Positions 28,978 to 32,000 of a DNA stretch of 32,000 bases are shown here, one piece after another. The position numbers and the translations under genes were made by a program. How positions within the stretch are numbered: position 1 is the first letter of the stretch; every line of letters begins with the position of its first letter. This DNA comes from Anaerobacillus isosaccharinicus (lineage in GTDB: Bacteria > Bacillota > Bacilli > Bacillales > Anaerobacillaceae). The notes under the pieces were generated by a model. It did not search any database. It worked only from the letters and a program-made list of their open reading frames with translations, and was not told the DNA's origin. Location of the stretch: assembly GCF_001866075.4 (NCBI RefSeq), contig NZ_CP063356.2, positions 5,192,926 to 5,224,925 on the forward strand, written 5' to 3'.

Positions 28978-30353
28978 TATTTCCCTAAACAAAACTGTGA
29001 AAAAAGTTGATCGATTAGGCTTTCTGAAACGGTATCTCCGTTGATTTCACCTAATAGTTCCCATGTTCTTGTTATATCTATTTGAACCATATCAATAGGT
29101 ACTGCTGAATGCAGCGCCATAATCGCTTCATCAATCGTTCCTAGCGCTTGATGTAGTAAACCTATATGCCTAGAATTTGATACATACGTTAAGTCGCCAC
29201 CTTCAATATTACCCTGGAAGAAAAGTTTTGAGATGGCATCTTCTAACTCATCAATGCCTTCATCTTCTATTAAAGATGTCGTAACAACGGGTCTTCCTTT
29301 TGCTAACACCTTAACTTTCTCTAAATCAATTTTCTTAGCTACATCAGTTTTATTGACGATAATGATTGCATCCATGTTTTCAATAATTTCAAATAAGCTC
29401 TCATCTTCTTTTGTTAATACTTCACCGTAATTCAAGACAAGTAAAACGAGTTCTGCTTCTTTAACTACTTTCCTTGATCGTTCAACACCAATTTTTTCAA
29501 CAATATCTTCTGTTTCTCTAATACCAGCAGTGTCTAACAATCGTAGCGGAACACCTCTAACATTAACATATTCCTCAATAACATCCCTTGTTGTACCTGG
29601 TATATCTGTCACAATCGCTTTCGCTTCATGAACTAAGCTATTTAATAATGAGGATTTTCCGACATTCGGTCTTCCAATAATAACTGTTGAAAGCCCTTCT
29701 CGTAATATTTTCCCTTGTTGGGCCGTGTTAAGAATTTTTTCTATTTCACCCTTAACATACTGTGCTTTCTCTAAAAGAAGGTTAGTCGTCATTTCCTCAG
29801 CATCGTATTCTGGATAATCAATATTTACCTCAACGTGAGCAACCGTCTCTAGTAACGCTTGTCTTAGCTTCTGAACTTTTTTTGATAATCTTCCTTCGAC
29901 TTGGCCAATAGCAACGTTCATTGCCTTGTCTGTTTTAGCACGAATCAAATCAATAACACCTTCTGCTTGAGACAAATCAATTCGACCATTTAGAAAAGCC
30001 CGTTTTGTGAACTCACCTGGTTCAGCTAGACGAACACCCGACTGCAACACTTGTTGCAAGACGCGATTAACAGAAACTAAGCCACCATGACAGTTAATTT
30101 CAACAATGTCTTCCCTTGTAAATGTTCTTGGAGCCTTTAAAACTGAAACCATTACTTCATCTATAACTTGCTCTGAATTTTTTTCAATAATATAGCCGTA
30201 GTGGATCGTATGACTTTCCACCTCTAATAAAGATTTTCTACCTTTATAAATTTTATTAACCGCAGCAACTGCATCGTCTCCACTTACTCGAACAATAGCA
30301 ATAGCACCTTCCCCCATCGCAGTGGAAATTGCGGCAATTGTATCAAATTCCAT
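28977..30353 (-). CDS. mnmE: tRNA modification GTPase MnmE (TrmE/ThdF)
   Basis: [26 protein letters not shown]1 motif [18 protein letters not shown], and the C-terminal CLGK tetrapeptide. The ATG at 30353 lies 9 nt after GAGGTG; the ORF-track GTG start is part of that SD. Confidence 0.96.
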   Translation of the reverse strand: MEFDTIAAISTAMGEGAIAIVRVSGDDAVAAVNKIYKGRKSLLEVESHTIHYGYIIEKNSEQVIDEVMVSVLKAPRTFTREDIVEINCHGGLVSVNRVLQQVLQSGVRLAEPGEFTKRAFLNGRIDLSQAEGVIDLIRAKTDKAMNVAIGQVEGRLSKKVQKLRQALLETVAHVEVNIDYPEYDAEEMTTNLLLEKAQYVKGEIEKILNTAQQGKILREGLSTVIIGRPNVGKSSLLNSLVHEAKAIVTDIPGTTRDVIEEYVNVRGVPLRLLDTAGIRETEDIVEKIGVERSRKVVKEAELVLLVLNYGEVLTKEDESLFEIIENMDAIIIVNKTDVAKKIDLEKVKVLAKGRPVVTTSLIEDEGIDELEDAISKLFFQGNIEGGDLTYVSNSRHIGLLHQALGTIDEAIMALHSAVPIDMVQIDITRTWELLGEINGDTVSESLIDQLFSQFCLGK

Positions 30354-30621
30354 CTTCTTCTTCACCTCTTAATAGAAAAGCATAGAGCGCCGCATAGCGG
30401 CGACAAGCAAATAATATTATTGTATTTCTTTATAGAAAATCCTACTGTCCCTAACTAACAAGAATACCACAGTCTCTCTTTAATAAAAAGATTTTCCAAC
30501 TACTCTATTCAACTATTGTTTCCGTTTTTCACTATTATCAACCGTAAAACTATCCACAACCCTTTTTTCTTATTTTTTTCTTTTAAAAACATTTCTATTT
30601 TTCCACATGTTAATAACCGAT

Positions 30622-30716
30622 TTAAAATGCAAAATGTAGAATATAGAATTACTTGTGGGTAAATTCTACGAAGCTTTTCAAAAACATTTTACATTCTAAA
30701 TTCTATATTCTACATT
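30622..30716. repeat. Palindromic heptamer-array element, copy E
   Basis: TTAAAATGCAAAATGTAGAATATAGAATT, spacer ACTTGTGGGTAAAT, core TCTACGAAGCTT (one mismatch), spacer TTCAAAAA, then CATTTTACATTCTAAATTCTATATTCTACATT. 18 bp (30632-30649 against 30699-30716) are perfectly complementary. Confidence 0.9.
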
Positions 30717-30762
30717 AAAAAAAAGCCTACATCAGTGTTTTCACACTAGCATAGGCTTTTTT
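30717..30762 (-). terminator. Rho-independent (bidirectional-looking) terminator after jag
   Basis: Stem AGCCTA...AGTGT / ACACT...TAGGCT with an internal loop (30724-30757). Eight T follow in minus sense and six T in plus sense. Confidence 0.8.
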
Positions 30763-30772
30763 GTCATTTTAT

Positions 30773-31396
30773 TTACTTGCTGGCTGGAGCAACAACGATT
30801 CTACGGTTAGGTTCAACACCTTCGGAATACGTTTTGACTCCTTTAATTTCTTGTAGTGCTGTATGAATAATTTTTCTTTCTAACGCATTCATCGGTTCTA
30901 AAATAACTTCTTTTCTCGTTCTAACTGCTTTAGTACCTAGACGTTTCGCCAATTGCTCAAGGGATTCCTTACGACGATCTCGGTAATTTTCAGCATCTAA
31001 AACGATTCGCATATATTGTTCTGATGAACGGTTTGCTACTAGATTAACTAAATATTGAAGTGAATCGAGGGTTTGCCCTCTCTTACCGATAAGCATTCCG
31101 ATGCCTTCTCCGCTAAGATTCAATAGTAAACCATCTTTCGTTTCAACTTTATTTATCTCTATAGAAACACCCATATTTTTTGTAACATCTTGAAGGAAGT
31201 TAATTGCTTCATCTGCTGCATCAGGTTTAATCTCAACTTCAACGACTGCTGGTTTTACACCAATTAAGCCTAAAAATCCCTTTTGAGGTTCTTCTACAAT
31301 TTTAATTGAGACTCTTTCTCTCGTTGTATTTAATTGCTTTATAGCAGATTGGACAGCTTCATCAACGGTTTTCCCTGAAACAGTTATCTTTTTCAC
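30773..31396 (-). CDS. jag: RNA-binding protein Jag/KhpB (Jag_N, KH, R3H)
   Basis: [23 protein letters not shown] is the Jag_N domain, [14 protein letters not shown] the KH GXXG motif, and ERKIIHTAL the R3H motif. The GTG start overlaps the yidC stop (GTGA) and follows GGGGGAG. Confidence 0.93.
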   Translation of the reverse strand: MKKITVSGKTVDEAVQSAIKQLNTTRERVSIKIVEEPQKGFLGLIGVKPAVVEVEIKPDAADEAINFLQDVTKNMGVSIEINKVETKDGLLLNLSGEGIGMLIGKRGQTLDSLQYLVNLVANRSSEQYMRIVLDAENYRDRRKESLEQLAKRLGTKAVRTRKEVILEPMNALERKIIHTALQEIKGVKTYSEGVEPNRRIVVAPASK

Positions 31397-32000
31397 TTTT
31401 TTGCTCCCCCTGGTTTAGCATCGCCATTCGCTTTGCCTACATTTGGTCCAGTAATAAAGTAAGTTTGTACAATCATGAAAATGTTACCTACTACCCAATA
31501 CAACGCAAGCGCTGATGGGAAAAAGGCAGCAAACGCAATAATCATTACCGGCATAATATAAAGTAATGCTTTCATTTGCGGATTATCAGTAATCATCATC
31601 ATCTTCTGTTGAATATATGTTGTAGCCCCTGCTACAAGCGGTAAAATATAAAATGGATCTGGTAACCCTAAATCAAACCATAAAAATGTATGTGTTTTAA
31701 TTTCACCTGTTCGAATAATCGCATGATAAAATGCAAACAAAATTGGCATTTGAACAAAGATTGGTAAACACCCTGCTAGTGGATTAACTTGATGCTCTTG
31801 AAATAACTTCATTGTTTCTTGTTGCAGCTTTTGTTGTGTTTTTTGATCTTTCGCACTATATTTCTCTTTTAATTTCGCCATTTCAGGTTGTAATGCCTGC
31901 ATCGCTTTTGAACTTTTCGTTTGTTTAATCATTAACGGTAATAGAACAATACGGATAATAATTGTAACAAAAATAATCGATAATCCATAACTTTCATTAA
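31393..32000 (-). CDS. yidC: Membrane protein insertase YidC/SpoIIIJ, C-terminal part; the 5' end lies beyond the window
   Basis: The frame stays open to the window edge: [36 protein letters not shown]...[15 protein letters not shown]..., with a basic C-terminal tail. This matches SpoIIIJ/YidC. Confidence 0.93.
   Translation of the reverse strand, partial: NESYGLSIIFVTIIIRIVLLPLMIKQTKSSKAMQALQPEMAKLKEKYSAKDQKTQQKLQQETMKLFQEHQVNPLAGCLPIFVQMPILFAFYHAIIRTGEIKTHTFLWFDLGLPDPFYILPLVAGATTYIQQKMMMITDNPQMKALLYIMPVMIIAFAAFFPSALALYWVVGNIFMIVQTYFITGPNVGKANGDAKPGGAKK

Overview
AT-rich, origin-proximal core-genome segment of a Bacillaceae-type Firmicute chromosome. Every supported gene except yyaC is on the minus strand. 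By my recollection of B. subtilis proteins and gene order, the layout is: yidC(spoIIIJ, partial)-jag-mnmE-mnmG-rsmG-noc-soj-spo0J, then class-V aminotransferase, DUF554, yyaC(+), yyaD, yyzM, yyaE, ychF, rpsF-ssb-rpsR, ktrC-like, yybS-gdpP-rplI-dnaB(helicase), queCDEF, purA, a six-tRNA operon, an M23/LysM peptidase and walR-walK (partial). Recognisable non-coding features are two perfect parS sites, a preQ1-I riboswitch, a PurBox pair, several intrinsic terminators and DnaA-box-like sites upstream of mnmE. I see no defence island, IS element, prophage or CRISPR array. The one unexplained structure is a family of five ~95-bp palindromic intergenic elements at 8102-8196, 9762-9860, 15523-15616, 28880-28977 and 30622-30716. 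Each has inverted arrays of tandem 7-bp AATGTAR units around a conserved AAGCTTCGAAGCTT-like core. All five share one orientation, and three end on the stop codon of the upstream gene. I cannot tell from sequence alone whether this family is already described. Secondary oddities are a decayed partial duplicate of the initiator-tRNA 5' end inside the tRNA operon, and a parS site at the centre of a 30-bp perfect palindrome. Several ORF-track starts appear to be N-terminal over-extensions from GTG/TTG codons and were trimmed to SD-preceded ATGs. No searches or folding programs were run; all alignments were done by eye.
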